From the NCBI GenBank assembly GCA_963702425.1, contig CAVPCQ010000010.1:68182-132181 (forward strand): a DNA stretch of 64,000 bases, written 5' to 3'. Position 1 is the stretch's first letter. Each line of letters opens with the position of its first letter. This document shows, one piece after another, positions 30,334-39,003 of this stretch. This DNA is from an uncultured Acidobacteriota bacterium. Lineage in GTDB: Bacteria > Acidobacteriota > Polarisedimenticolia > J045. Position numbers and translations under genes: made by a program. The notes beneath the pieces were generated by a model. That model was not told the DNA's origin. It saw only the letters and a program-made list of their open reading frames with translations, and did no database searches.

Positions 30334-30379
30334 GATCGTCGCCGCGGCAGGGAACGCGAGGGAGGCTTCGGCGGTGCCG

Positions 30380-31150
30380 ATGATCGTCGCCATCACGCGG
30401 CGCGTCAGCCCGAGCATCGCGCGCTGCGAGCTGACCCACCTCGCGCGCAAGCCGATCGACGGCGCACGCGCGGCCGCGCAGCATTTGCGGTACGAGGCCG
30501 CGCTGGCCGAGCTGGGCTGCACGGTCGAGCGGCTGCCGGAGGCGCCCGACCTGCCCGACGCGGTGTTCGTCGAGGATGCGGCCGTGATCCTGGACCGGAT
30601 CGCGATCGTGACGCGGCCCGGCGCGGCGTCGCGCCGGCCGGAGACGGCGTCCGTCGCCGCCGCGCTCGCCCGCTACCGCGTGCTGCGGACGATCGAGGCC
30701 CCAGGCACGCTTGACGGGGGCGACGTGCTGCGGGTCGGCGCGCGGCTCTTCGTCGGCCGGACGGCCCGCAGCAACGCCGAGGGGATCGCGCAGCTGGCGC
30801 GCTTCGCGGCCGAGGACGGCCTGGAGGTCGTCCCGGTCGAGGTGCGCGGCTGCCTGCACCTGAAGTCGGCGGTGACCGAGTTCGCGCCGGGCCGGCTGCT
30901 CGTCCAGCCCGACTGGCTCGACCTCGCGCCGTTTGCCGGACTCGACCTGCTCCCGGTCGACCCGGGCGAGTCGAGCGCCGCCAACGTGCTGCGGGTCGGG
31001 TCGGGCCTGATCGTCGCTGCGGCCTACCCGCGCACGCGGGCGCGGATCGAAGGGGAGGGGATCACGGTCCAGACGGTCGACGCGTCGGAGCTGGCGAAGG
31101 CGGAAGGGGCCCTCACCTGCTGCAGCCTGATCGTGAGGCCGTCAGCCTGA
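30380..31150 (+). CDS. Dimethylarginine dimethylaminohydrolase (DDAH / amidinotransferase superfamily)
   Basis: PDAVFVED, RPGAASRRPE, LDGGDVL, LHLKSAVT, GALTCCSL (catalytic Cys). Confidence 0.9.
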   Translation: MIVAITRRVSPSIARCELTHLARKPIDGARAAAQHLRYEAALAELGCTVERLPEAPDLPDAVFVEDAAVILDRIAIVTRPGAASRRPETASVAAALARYRVLRTIEAPGTLDGGDVLRVGARLFVGRTARSNAEGIAQLARFAAEDGLEVVPVEVRGCLHLKSAVTEFAPGRLLVQPDWLDLAPFAGLDLLPVDPGESSAANVLRVGSGLIVAAAYPRTRARIEGEGITVQTVDASELAKAEGALTCCSLIVRPSA

Positions 31151-32845
31151 GGTCGGCCCCGGGCGCTCGATGCGGACGATGACGCGCTTGCGCTTGATCG
31201 TCGTCGCGCGCAGCGCGGAGGCAACCCTCTCGACGACCCCCTCGGAGAGTTCCACGAGCGAGAACTTGTCGGCGATCTCGATCGCGCCGATGTCGCGGAC
31301 CGAGACCCCCGCCTCGTTGGCGATCGCGCCGACCAGGTCGGCCGGGCGGATCCCCGCCTTGCGTCCCGCTCCGATGAAGACCCGCAGCATCCCGCCCCCG
31401 GCGCGGGCGGCACTGGCGTGGCCGCCCCCGGCTCGGCCCGCGCCGTGGCGAGGCCTCCCTTCGGCGTGGCGGCCCTTCGCGGGGCCCGGCTCGGGCGCCG
31501 ACGCGGCCGCCGGAATCTCGGGCTCCTCGTCGTCGCGCCCGCCCGCGGTGGCCTCGTGGGCCAGCTTCACCGCCGCCGCCGCGACGTCCATCGGATCGAA
31601 CTCGTCGGCCAGCGTCTCGGCGACGACGCGGTAGCCGTCGAGGTCCCCGGCGAGAATCGTGTCGCGCACCGCGCCGCGCGTGAGGTCCAGCCGCCGGGCG
31701 CGGACATCGAGCAGCGTGGGGACCGAGGCGACCTCGATCCGGTGCTTGGTCAGCTGCTCGATGGCGCGCAGCATGCGGTGTTCGCGCGGCTCGGCGAACG
31801 TGATCGCCACCCCCGTGCGTCCCGCCCGGCCGGTCCTGCCGATGCGATGGATGTAGTCGTCCGGCGACGACGGGACGTCGAAGTTGACGACGTGCGACAG
31901 CTTCTCGATGTCGATTCCGCGCGCAGCGACGTCCGTCGCAACGAGCAGGTCGACCGTCCCGCCGCGGACCTTCCGCATCACGCGGTCGCGCTGGTCCTGT
32001 GACATCCCGCCGTGGAGCGCCTCGACGCGGAAACCGCGTCCGGAGAGGGTCTGCGCCAGGCTGTCCACCTCGGTCCGGGTCCGGCAGAAGATCAGCGCCA
32101 GTGCCGGCGATTCCAGGTCGAGGACCCGCCCGAGTGCGGCGATCTTGTGGGCCCGCGGGACGATGTACGCGACCTGGCGCACGCGCGGAACGTCGCCTTT
32201 CGCGCGCGCTTCCTGCGGGATGTGAACGCGCAGCGGCTCGCGCAGGTGGGCCTCGGCGATCGCCGCGATGCGGCGGGGGATCGTCGCCGAGAAGAGCGCC
32301 GTCTGCCGGTCGGTGGGTGCCGCGTCGAGGATCTGCTCGAGGTCCTCGGCGAAGCCCATGTCGAGCATCTCGTCGGCTTCGTCGAGCACGACGGCGGCGA
32401 GCCCCGAGAGATCGATGGTCTGGCGCCGGAGATGGTCGAGCACGCGTCCCGGCGTCGCGACCACCACGTGCACGCCGCGCTGCAGTGCCTGGATCTGGCG
32501 GCGGAAGTCCTGCCCGCCGTAGATCGGAACGACGTCCGCGTCGAGCCGCTGGCCGTAGCGGTGGAACGCCTCGGCCACCTGGATCGCCAGTTCGCGCGTC
32601 GGCACGAGGACCAGCACGGCCGGCTTCAGCGGGACCGGGCGTACCCGACCCAGTCGCTGGAGTAAGGGGAGCGCGAATGCCGCCGTCTTGCCGGTTCCGG
32701 TCGCCGCCTGGCCCAGCAGGTCGCGGCCGGCGAGCAGCGGCGGGATCGCTTCCCGCTGGATCGGGGTGGGCTCCTCGTAGCCAAGCTCGGTGAGCGCAAG
32801 GACGAGATCGGGCTCGAGGCCGAGCTCCGCGAACGGTTCGTTCAT
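31142..32845 (-). CDS. deaD: DEAD-box RNA helicase with C-terminal DbpA-type RNA-binding domain
   Basis: Q motif PTPIQ, ATGTGKT, PTRELA, TPGR, DEADEM, FSAT, ARGID, HRIGRTGRAG; IRPADLVGAIANE. Confidence 0.93.
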   Translation of the reverse strand: MNEPFAELGLEPDLVLALTELGYEEPTPIQREAIPPLLAGRDLLGQAATGTGKTAAFALPLLQRLGRVRPVPLKPAVLVLVPTRELAIQVAEAFHRYGQRLDADVVPIYGGQDFRRQIQALQRGVHVVVATPGRVLDHLRRQTIDLSGLAAVVLDEADEMLDMGFAEDLEQILDAAPTDRQTALFSATIPRRIAAIAEAHLREPLRVHIPQEARAKGDVPRVRQVAYIVPRAHKIAALGRVLDLESPALALIFCRTRTEVDSLAQTLSGRGFRVEALHGGMSQDQRDRVMRKVRGGTVDLLVATDVAARGIDIEKLSHVVNFDVPSSPDDYIHRIGRTGRAGRTGVAITFAEPREHRMLRAIEQLTKHRIEVASVPTLLDVRARRLDLTRGAVRDTILAGDLDGYRVVAETLADEFDPMDVAAAAVKLAHEATAGGRDDEEPEIPAAASAPEPGPAKGRHAEGRPRHGAGRAGGGHASAARAGGGMLRVFIGAGRKAGIRPADLVGAIANEAGVSVRDIGAIEIADKFSLVELSEGVVERVASALRATTIKRKRVIVRIERPGPTSG

Positions 32846-32888
32846 GCGGGGAGCATAGCAGCAGGCGCTCTGGGCGCGGTGCCGCCCG

Positions 32889-34070
32889 TCAGAGGGCCGT
32901 TTCCTTGGCGCTCTTCTCCCACGGCGGCAGCAGTTTCACCAGCACCGCCAGGATCACGAACGGCAGGATCAGGAAGAAGACGGCCGGAAGCAGACCCTCA
33001 CGCGTCGCGAAATCCAGCTTGTAGGTCGTGTAGCCGAGGAAGGACTTCGAGAAGAGCTGCCCGCCGATCACGACGTTCCAGCGCATCGCGAAGATCCCGA
33101 TCATCGTCAGCGTCGCCGCGATCGCGTAGATCGTCTTGCGCGCCTTCTCGCTGAGCGTGACCAGCTGGGTCAGGGCCAGGAGGGCGAGCGGCGTGATCGT
33201 GCCGAGGAAGATCTGGATCACGATGTGCGACATGTAGAGCTTGGTCCGCACCATGAAGTCGAGCGAGCGGAACGACTCGTCCGCCTCGTAGACCCGGTGA
33301 ATCAGGTCCAACGTCTCGAGCGCGAAGTCGATCACGAAGGCGTAGAAGAGGTACATCGCGACGGTGTCGAGGCACTTCATGTCGATCGGCTCGCCGCGGG
33401 TATAGGAGAAGACCATGTACATCAGCAGGACGAGCGCAATTCCCGAGACTACGGCGGAGAACAGGAAGACCACCGGCATCAGCGGCGTGGACCACCAGGG
33501 ATTGGCCTTGACCGAGCCGAAGATGAACCCGACGTATCCGTGCAGCAGGAAGGCCGACGGGATGCCGATCACCGTGATGATCCGGCCGACCTTGTCGTCC
33601 AGGGCGAGGGCCTCCGGGCCGATGTCGTACGAGCCCAGCGTCATCGCCCGGTAGACCCAGCGCAGCGGCCCCTTGGACTGCTGGGCCAGTAGCACGATCT
33701 CCTTGCGATAGTCCAGCCAGATCTCGACCACCAGCACCGCCATCAGGTACCAGAGGTAGACGAAGCCGAACATCGCCATCGCCGAGTTGGTGTGCGGCGT
33801 GAGGTACATCTCGAACGAGCGCTCGGGATGTCCCAGGTGCATCTGGAGCGGGAGCGGCGCCACGATCAGGAACGCCAGCGCGGTGAGCAGCGCCAGGCGG
33901 TAGGTTGGTTTTACCGCGACGACGTTGAAGACCCGCTCCAGCGACGCGAGGATGAAGGCGCCGGCGACGAGACCCGTGAGAAACGGGTAGAGCACGATCA
34001 GGACGCTCCACTGCAGCTCGATCTCGTTGGGGTACATGAAACCCTGCACGGTGTCGACCAGGTGTTCCAT
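32889..34070 (-). CDS. NrfD/PsrC-family integral membrane quinol oxidoreductase subunit
   Basis: Multi-TM; YPFLTGLVAGAF, HLGHPER, HGYVGFIF, PWWSTPLMPVVFLFSA, MRWNVVIGGQ; directly downstream of a 4Fe-4S subunit. Confidence 0.9.
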   Translation of the reverse strand: MEHLVDTVQGFMYPNEIELQWSVLIVLYPFLTGLVAGAFILASLERVFNVVAVKPTYRLALLTALAFLIVAPLPLQMHLGHPERSFEMYLTPHTNSAMAMFGFVYLWYLMAVLVVEIWLDYRKEIVLLAQQSKGPLRWVYRAMTLGSYDIGPEALALDDKVGRIITVIGIPSAFLLHGYVGFIFGSVKANPWWSTPLMPVVFLFSAVVSGIALVLLMYMVFSYTRGEPIDMKCLDTVAMYLFYAFVIDFALETLDLIHRVYEADESFRSLDFMVRTKLYMSHIVIQIFLGTITPLALLALTQLVTLSEKARKTIYAIAATLTMIGIFAMRWNVVIGGQLFSKSFLGYTTYKLDFATREGLLPAVFFLILPFVILAVLVKLLPPWEKSAKETAL

Positions 34071-34073
34071 GCC

Positions 34074-34835
34074 TCACCTCACCGCGCCGTCGAGATGCTT
34101 GTAGTAGCACTTGGATCCGGTCGCCATCTGCGGCTTGAGCACCTGGATGGCGTTGTCGCGCAGGAAATCGTGGATCGGGTCCTTGGGGTTCTTCAGGTCG
34201 CCGAGCATCCGCGCGCCGGTGGGGCAGTTCTCGGCACAGGCCGTCGTCAGTCCGCGGGTGATGCGGTGGTAGCAGAGCGTGCACTTGTCGGCGGTCATCG
34301 TCTCTGGATTGATGAACCGGCAGCCGTAGGGGCAGGCCTGAATGCAGTAGCGGCATCCCAGGCAGTAGGACTTGTCGACCAACACGACGCCGTCGGGCGA
34401 TTCGAACGTCGCCCCGACCGGGCAGACCTGCACGCAGGGCGAGTGGGCGCAGTGGTTGCAGAGCTTCGGCACGAAGAAGCTCTTCATGTTCTCGGCCGAG
34501 GGAAGGACCGGGAAGCCCTCGTAGCCGCCGTCGGGGGAGTCGACCTGGGGGTGCTCCTCGTCGTCGCCGCTCACCCGGTAGCGCTCGACCCAGGTGCGGA
34601 AGTAGTAGGGCTCCTTCGGCACGTGGTTCTCGGTCTTGCAGGCCCTGACGCAGCTCCCGCAGCCGATACAGCGGGTGATGTCGATCGCGAAGGCCCACCA
34701 GTGGTCGTCCATGTCGTAACCGGGCGCCTTCGCGGGCTCTCCGGCCAGGACCCAGTCGAGCGCCGCGGCCGCGAGCGGCGTGAGGAGCAGGAGCTTCCCC
34801 GACGCGGCGACGAAGCTCCGGCGTGTGGTATCCAA
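34074..34835 (-). CDS. Tat-exported 4x[4Fe-4S] electron-transfer subunit (NrfC/TtrB/DsrO family)
   Basis: TTRRSFV twin-arginine signal; CIGCGSCVRAC, CNHCAHSPCVQVCP, CLGCRYCIQACP, KCTLC...CAENCP. Confidence 0.93.
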   Translation of the reverse strand: MDTTRRSFVAASGKLLLLTPLAAAALDWVLAGEPAKAPGYDMDDHWWAFAIDITRCIGCGSCVRACKTENHVPKEPYYFRTWVERYRVSGDDEEHPQVDSPDGGYEGFPVLPSAENMKSFFVPKLCNHCAHSPCVQVCPVGATFESPDGVVLVDKSYCLGCRYCIQACPYGCRFINPETMTADKCTLCYHRITRGLTTACAENCPTGARMLGDLKNPKDPIHDFLRDNAIQVLKPQMATGSKCYYKHLDGAVR

Positions 34836-34852
34836 GGCGTCCTCCCCCGGTC

Positions 34853-35314
34853 TCAGCCGAGCGCCGGGCTGTGGGGCACGTGGCAGTCGGTGCAGGATCC
34901 CGACGGGGCGTGATCCTCGACGACGATCACCTTGAACCAGGCGGGCTTGCCGACGTTCCGCTCATGGCAGGTGAGGCAGGTGAGGCGCGGATCGGGCAGC
35001 GTGGGCTTTCCTGTGGTCGGATCGTCGGCGTGCGCAGCCAGCGCGCCGTGGCAGGTCTCGCAGCCGATTCGCGCGTGCGGCCCCGCCCCCTTGAGCTTCA
35101 CCACTTCGTCGTGGCACTCCGCGCAGGCGCCGCGGCCGGCGTAGACGAGCGGTTTGTCGCGGTTGTCGGCCAACGCGCCGGGGCGGAAGAAGCCGTACTC
35201 GCCGAAGTTCGCGGGCACGAAGAGCGCGCGAACGACGAGGAAGAGCACGATCCCGGCGACGAACAGTCCGGCCATCCGGAACAGGTGCGACGCGTGACGC
35301 AGCCCTGCCTTCAT
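34853..35314 (-). CDS. Small membrane-anchored tetraheme cytochrome c
   Basis: N-terminal TM helix; CAECH, CETCH, CLTCH, CTDCH. Confidence 0.9.
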   Translation of the reverse strand: MKAGLRHASHLFRMAGLFVAGIVLFLVVRALFVPANFGEYGFFRPGALADNRDKPLVYAGRGACAECHDEVVKLKGAGPHARIGCETCHGALAAHADDPTTGKPTLPDPRLTCLTCHERNVGKPAWFKVIVVEDHAPSGSCTDCHVPHSPALG

Positions 35315-35421
35315 GGTCCGTCAGCAAACCACAGGTCCGAAGGTGGTGACAAGAACAAACTCGACTTCGAGACCGGTTCGGCGGAGAGCTTACAGGCTGG
35401 ATGCCCTTGGTTTGCCGGAAG

Positions 35422-37623
35422 TCAACGAGGAGCGAGTAGCGCGCCGAGCAGCGGGACCGCTCCCGGCGCGTCCTCCTCGACGATCACCGGAACCCCGCGC
35501 GGGCGGGCGAGGAACCGCGCGAATCGCGGCTCTGCCGTGGCGGCCGCCGCACGCGGGTAGCGCCCGGTCCAGCTGTGGGCGGGGTGAAACAGCCCGAGCA
35601 CGTCGTTCAGCGCGGCGGTCGCGATCGGCAGGCTGCCGGTCCCGCGGCCGAGGTGCACGACCTCGCCCTGCTCGCCGCCGTCGATCACCACCACGTTGCC
35701 GTCGCCGCGCACACCACCCAGGTGCCCGTCCACGGGGACCGCCAGCGGCAGGACGCCGGCCACCTCGCCGCGCTCTCCGCGCGCGAAGAGCGCGACCAGC
35801 TTGATGCGCAGGCCGAGCTCCGGCGCGGCCCGGACGAGCAGCGGGTCGAGCGCGCCGATCCCGCGCACCGCCAGCTCCTCGACGAGGTGCCGCCGCCCCG
35901 TCGCGCGCGCCATGAGCATCGCCAGCTTCTGGGCGCTGTCCCAGCCCGACAGGTCGAGCTCCGGGTCGGGCTCGGTCAGCCCGCGCGCGACGGCCTCCGC
36001 CAGCGCCTGTTCCGGCAGGGCGCCGGCCTCGATCTGCTCCAGCACGACGTTCACCGTCGACGAGAGGATCGCCTGGATCCCGAGGACGTCGCCGTGCGCC
36101 AGCGGCCGCTCGACCGCGTAGATCAGCGGCCAGCCGGCGGCGATCGCGTTGTGGTACGCCAGCCGCACGCCGTGCTCCGCGGCCAGCCGCTCGAGCGCCG
36201 CGCCGTGCTCTCGCACCAGCGACTTGTTGGTGGTCGCGACCGGCCGCCGCCGCCGCAGGACCTGCTCCAGGATCGGCAGGACGCTCGTGCCGCGCGTCAC
36301 TTCGAGCACGACGTCGACGTCGTCGAGCAGCGCGAGGCGCTCGGGGTCGGACGACACGCCGAGCCGCGCCAGCTCCGGGTCGAGCGCGCGCGAGGGATCG
36401 ACGTCCGCGACCCCCGCCAGCTCGAGCCGCAGCCCCAGCTCCTCGACCAGCGCGTCGTGCCGCTCGCGCACCAACCGCGCGAAGAGCGCCGCGACCCGCC
36501 CCGCGCCCAGCACCGCGACCCGCACCGTGCGGGCTTCGCGCGCGGCGGGCGAAGGGACCGGCGCCGGCGGCCGCAGCGCGGCGTCGCGCAGGATCTCGGT
36601 CAGCTGGTCGGTCTCCAACAGGAACGCGTCGTGGCCGTGCGGCGAGCGCAGCTCGGCGTACTCCACCGTCTTCCCCAGCCGGTTGAGGATGTCGGCTCCC
36701 AGGTGGACCTCGGTCGCGGGGTAGAGCTGGTCGCTGCTGATCCCGACGACCAGCATCCGGCAGCGCACGTGCTCGAGCGCGTTGACGATCCCGTCGCGCC
36801 CTTCGCCGACGTCGTGCAGGTCCATCGCTCGGCTGAGCAGGATGTAGGTGTACGGGTCGAAGCCCTGGACGCTGCGCCGCCCGTGGTGCCGCAGCCAGGA
36901 TTCGACGTTGAACATCCCGCGGGCGTCGAGCGTGGCCCCCGGCGGCTGGAACCACTCGCGCCCGAACTTCTCCTCGAGCCCCAGCGGCGAGCGGTACGAG
37001 ATCATCCCGACGCCGCGCGCCACCATCTGGCCCCAGCGCCGCATCGCCTCGTCGCCGCCCAGGTCCAGCTCGATCCCGCGCCGCTGCAGCCAGTTCAGGC
37101 CGATCTGCTGCGCCGTCGTGCGCAGCGGCGCGGCGACGACGACGACGAGGCCGACGCCGTCGCCGGCCTCGATCGCCCACTCCCAGGCGACCATCGCCCC
37201 CATGCTGGCGCCGACGACCGTCGCCGGGCGCTCGATCCCCAGCCGCTGCAGGAAGGCGCGCGTGAAGCGCATCAGGTCGCGCGGGGTCAGCAGCGGGAAG
37301 CGGCCGAACCACGGCTCTCCGTCAGGGGCGGGCGAGCGCGGCCCGGTCGTGCCATGGCAGCCCCCCAGCAGGTTGGGGCAGACGACGAAGCAGCGATCGG
37401 TGTCGAACGCCCGGCCGGGGCCGATCAGCGTCCTCCCACCAGCCGCGCTCCTCTCCGGCGCCACTCGCCCGTGGCGTGCGGCCCGGCGGTCAGCGGGTGG
37501 ATCAGCAGGACCGCGTTGTCGCGCGCGTCGTTCGAGCGTCCCCCAGGCCTCGTACTCGACCTCGATCGCCGGCAGCACGCCGCCGTGCTGCGCGGTGAAC
37601 GTCCCCGGGAGGTCGACGCGCAC
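35422..37623 (-). CDS. metX: Homoserine O-acyltransferase (MetX) fused to a C-terminal homoserine dehydrogenase domain; compensating indels at about 37430-37535
   Basis: YEAWGTL, LIGPGRAFDT, NLLGGCHGTTGP, GASMG nucleophile, ISSDQLYP, SPHGHDAFL; then VAVLGAGRV, TTNK, EPDPELDLSGWDSAQKL. Probable GTG start at 37623. Confidence 0.85.
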   Translation of the reverse strand: MRVDLPGTFTAQHGGVLPAIEVEYEAWGTLERRARQRGPADPPADRRAARHGRVAPERSAAGGRTLIGPGRAFDTDRCFVVCPNLLGGCHGTTGPRSPAPDGEPWFGRFPLLTPRDLMRFTRAFLQRLGIERPATVVGASMGAMVAWEWAIEAGDGVGLVVVVAAPLRTTAQQIGLNWLQRRGIELDLGGDEAMRRWGQMVARGVGMISYRSPLGLEEKFGREWFQPPGATLDARGMFNVESWLRHHGRRSVQGFDPYTYILLSRAMDLHDVGEGRDGIVNALEHVRCRMLVVGISSDQLYPATEVHLGADILNRLGKTVEYAELRSPHGHDAFLLETDQLTEILRDAALRPPAPVPSPAAREARTVRVAVLGAGRVAALFARLVRERHDALVEELGLRLELAGVADVDPSRALDPELARLGVSSDPERLALLDDVDVVLEVTRGTSVLPILEQVLRRRRPVATTNKSLVREHGAALERLAAEHGVRLAYHNAIAAGWPLIYAVERPLAHGDVLGIQAILSSTVNVVLEQIEAGALPEQALAEAVARGLTEPDPELDLSGWDSAQKLAMLMARATGRRHLVEELAVRGIGALDPLLVRAAPELGLRIKLVALFARGERGEVAGVLPLAVPVDGHLGGVRGDGNVVVIDGGEQGEVVHLGRGTGSLPIATAALNDVLGLFHPAHSWTGRYPRAAAATAEPRFARFLARPRGVPVIVEEDAPGAVPLLGALLAPR

Positions 37624-37634
37624 CCGCGCCCCCG

Positions 37635-38210
37635 CTACTTCGCGGCGTCCTTGAACTGCACGCTGAGCGGTCGGCCGAGCAGCCGCTCCATCGCCAGCGG
37701 CCAGCCGCCCAGGGGCTTGAGCGCGGCGTAGGCCTCGTCGGGCGTCTTGCCGAGGTACTTCACCGCGTAGGCCGCGTAGAGCTGGCCGGCGCGCGCGCCG
37801 ACGGTGCAGTGCAGAACGGTCTTCCCCTGGGACTGGCTCACGCGCTGGGCGAAAGCCTCGAGCAGTTCCGGCGTGTAGGCCGGCGCGCCGTCGATCGGCA
37901 GGTTCATGTAGCCCATCCCGAGCTGCTCGACCAGCGCCACCTCGTCGAAGCCGACCCCCTTCATCTCCTCCGCGGTCCGGAGGTTGATCACCTGGGTCAC
38001 GCCGCGCGCCTTGAAGGCCTCGAAGTCGGCCTTCGTCGGCTGGCCGCCGACGAGCAGGGAGCCCGTGTCGAGCGACTTGTCGAAGAAGCTGGCGGGCGGG
38101 GTGGCGGGGGAGGGGGATGCGGCCGCCTTGTCGGCGCCACCGGTTGTCGCGCAGCCGGAGGCTGCGGCGCAAATCAGGGTGAGGAGGATCAAAGGGGGGG
38201 AGCATCGCAT
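37635..38210 (-). CDS. Lipoprotein with PTP-like / DUF442-type (sulfur transferase or phosphatase fold) domain
   Basis: Lipobox ASGC; GGQPT, VINLRTAEE, LHCTVGARAG (HCx5R loop). Confidence 0.8.
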   Translation of the reverse strand: MRCSPPLILLTLICAAASGCATTGGADKAAASPSPATPPASFFDKSLDTGSLLVGGQPTKADFEAFKARGVTQVINLRTAEEMKGVGFDEVALVEQLGMGYMNLPIDGAPAYTPELLEAFAQRVSQSQGKTVLHCTVGARAGQLYAAYAVKYLGKTPDEAYAALKPLGGWPLAMERLLGRPLSVQFKDAAK

Positions 38211-38348
38211 GGCGGGCCTCCGTGTCGACGCGCCGTTCTCGGCGCGACCCTTGGCCGAGGGTAAGGTGTGCCCCCGCTCCGGGGCAAGGCTCCAGCCTGC
38301 TCGCGGTCCTACGCCGGGATTGCGGCCGGGTTCGGTCCGCAGCGGGTA

Positions 38349-38610
38349 GTGACGCTGCCATTCGCGCGGCACCAAGGGCTGGTGTTCTGCGCCAAGCTGG
38401 CCTACGTCCAGCTGGCCGCGCCTGGGACGCGTTCGACCTGGAGTTCCGGCTGATCGGAATCCCGCCTCCGGTGCGCACGCGCGCCGGCGCCAGGGAGGGG
38501 GGGACCGGACGACGCTTCAGATCACCGCGAGGATCGACACCGAGAAGACCGACTGGATCACCTGCCTTCAGGCGGCGCTGGACGGAGTGGGGCTGGACTT
38601 CCACGTCGAA
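38349..38610 (+). pseudogene. Possible degraded coding remnant
   Basis: Short protein-like segments in shifting frames (VTLPFARHQGLVFCAKLAYVQL; AWDAFDLEFRLIGIPP; LQITARIDTEKTDWITCLQAALDGVGLDFHV); no family recognised. Confidence 0.3.
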
Positions 38611-39003
38611 AGGTCCGGACGGCGTCGAGGACGCGGATGTCGCGCGGGGACTCCTCGCAGGCCAGGGCATCCTGTGCTTCGCAGGAGGGAACCCCGCCAA
38701 GGGGAGGACTGGCCCGGCCGTGTTCCGGGGCTTTCCCGGCGCACCCCCGAAGCACTCGTGAACGACGCCGCTCCGCATCGCCCGCAGCGTCGCCCACGGG
38801 AGCTACCAACCGGCGGCGGTAACCTCGTCTCGATCGCGCCGTTCCGTCCCTTTGACTCCGCTGCGCCTCGGAATGGCGAGAAGCGGGTGCGCCCCGCAGG
38901 AACTGCCGCGAAGTGGACGCGGGAGAAGCGCTGGCACGCCGCAGGCCCGGTACAGCGCGGAGAGCACTTTCCTTAACGGACGGACCGGGTATCATCCGCC
39001 ATC

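Noticed and set aside
35324-35418. GGCAAACC plus an inverted repeat upstream of the tetraheme gene, suggesting a c-di-GMP-I riboswitch
   Set aside because: The GAAA tetraloop and downstream GCAAA/receptor elements are missing; an 8-bp inverted repeat alone is insufficient.
35422-38778. 1118-aa ORF implying a long N-terminal extension on MetX
   Set aside because: The extension overlaps the real lipoprotein gene in another frame and is low-complexity; the true start is about 37623.
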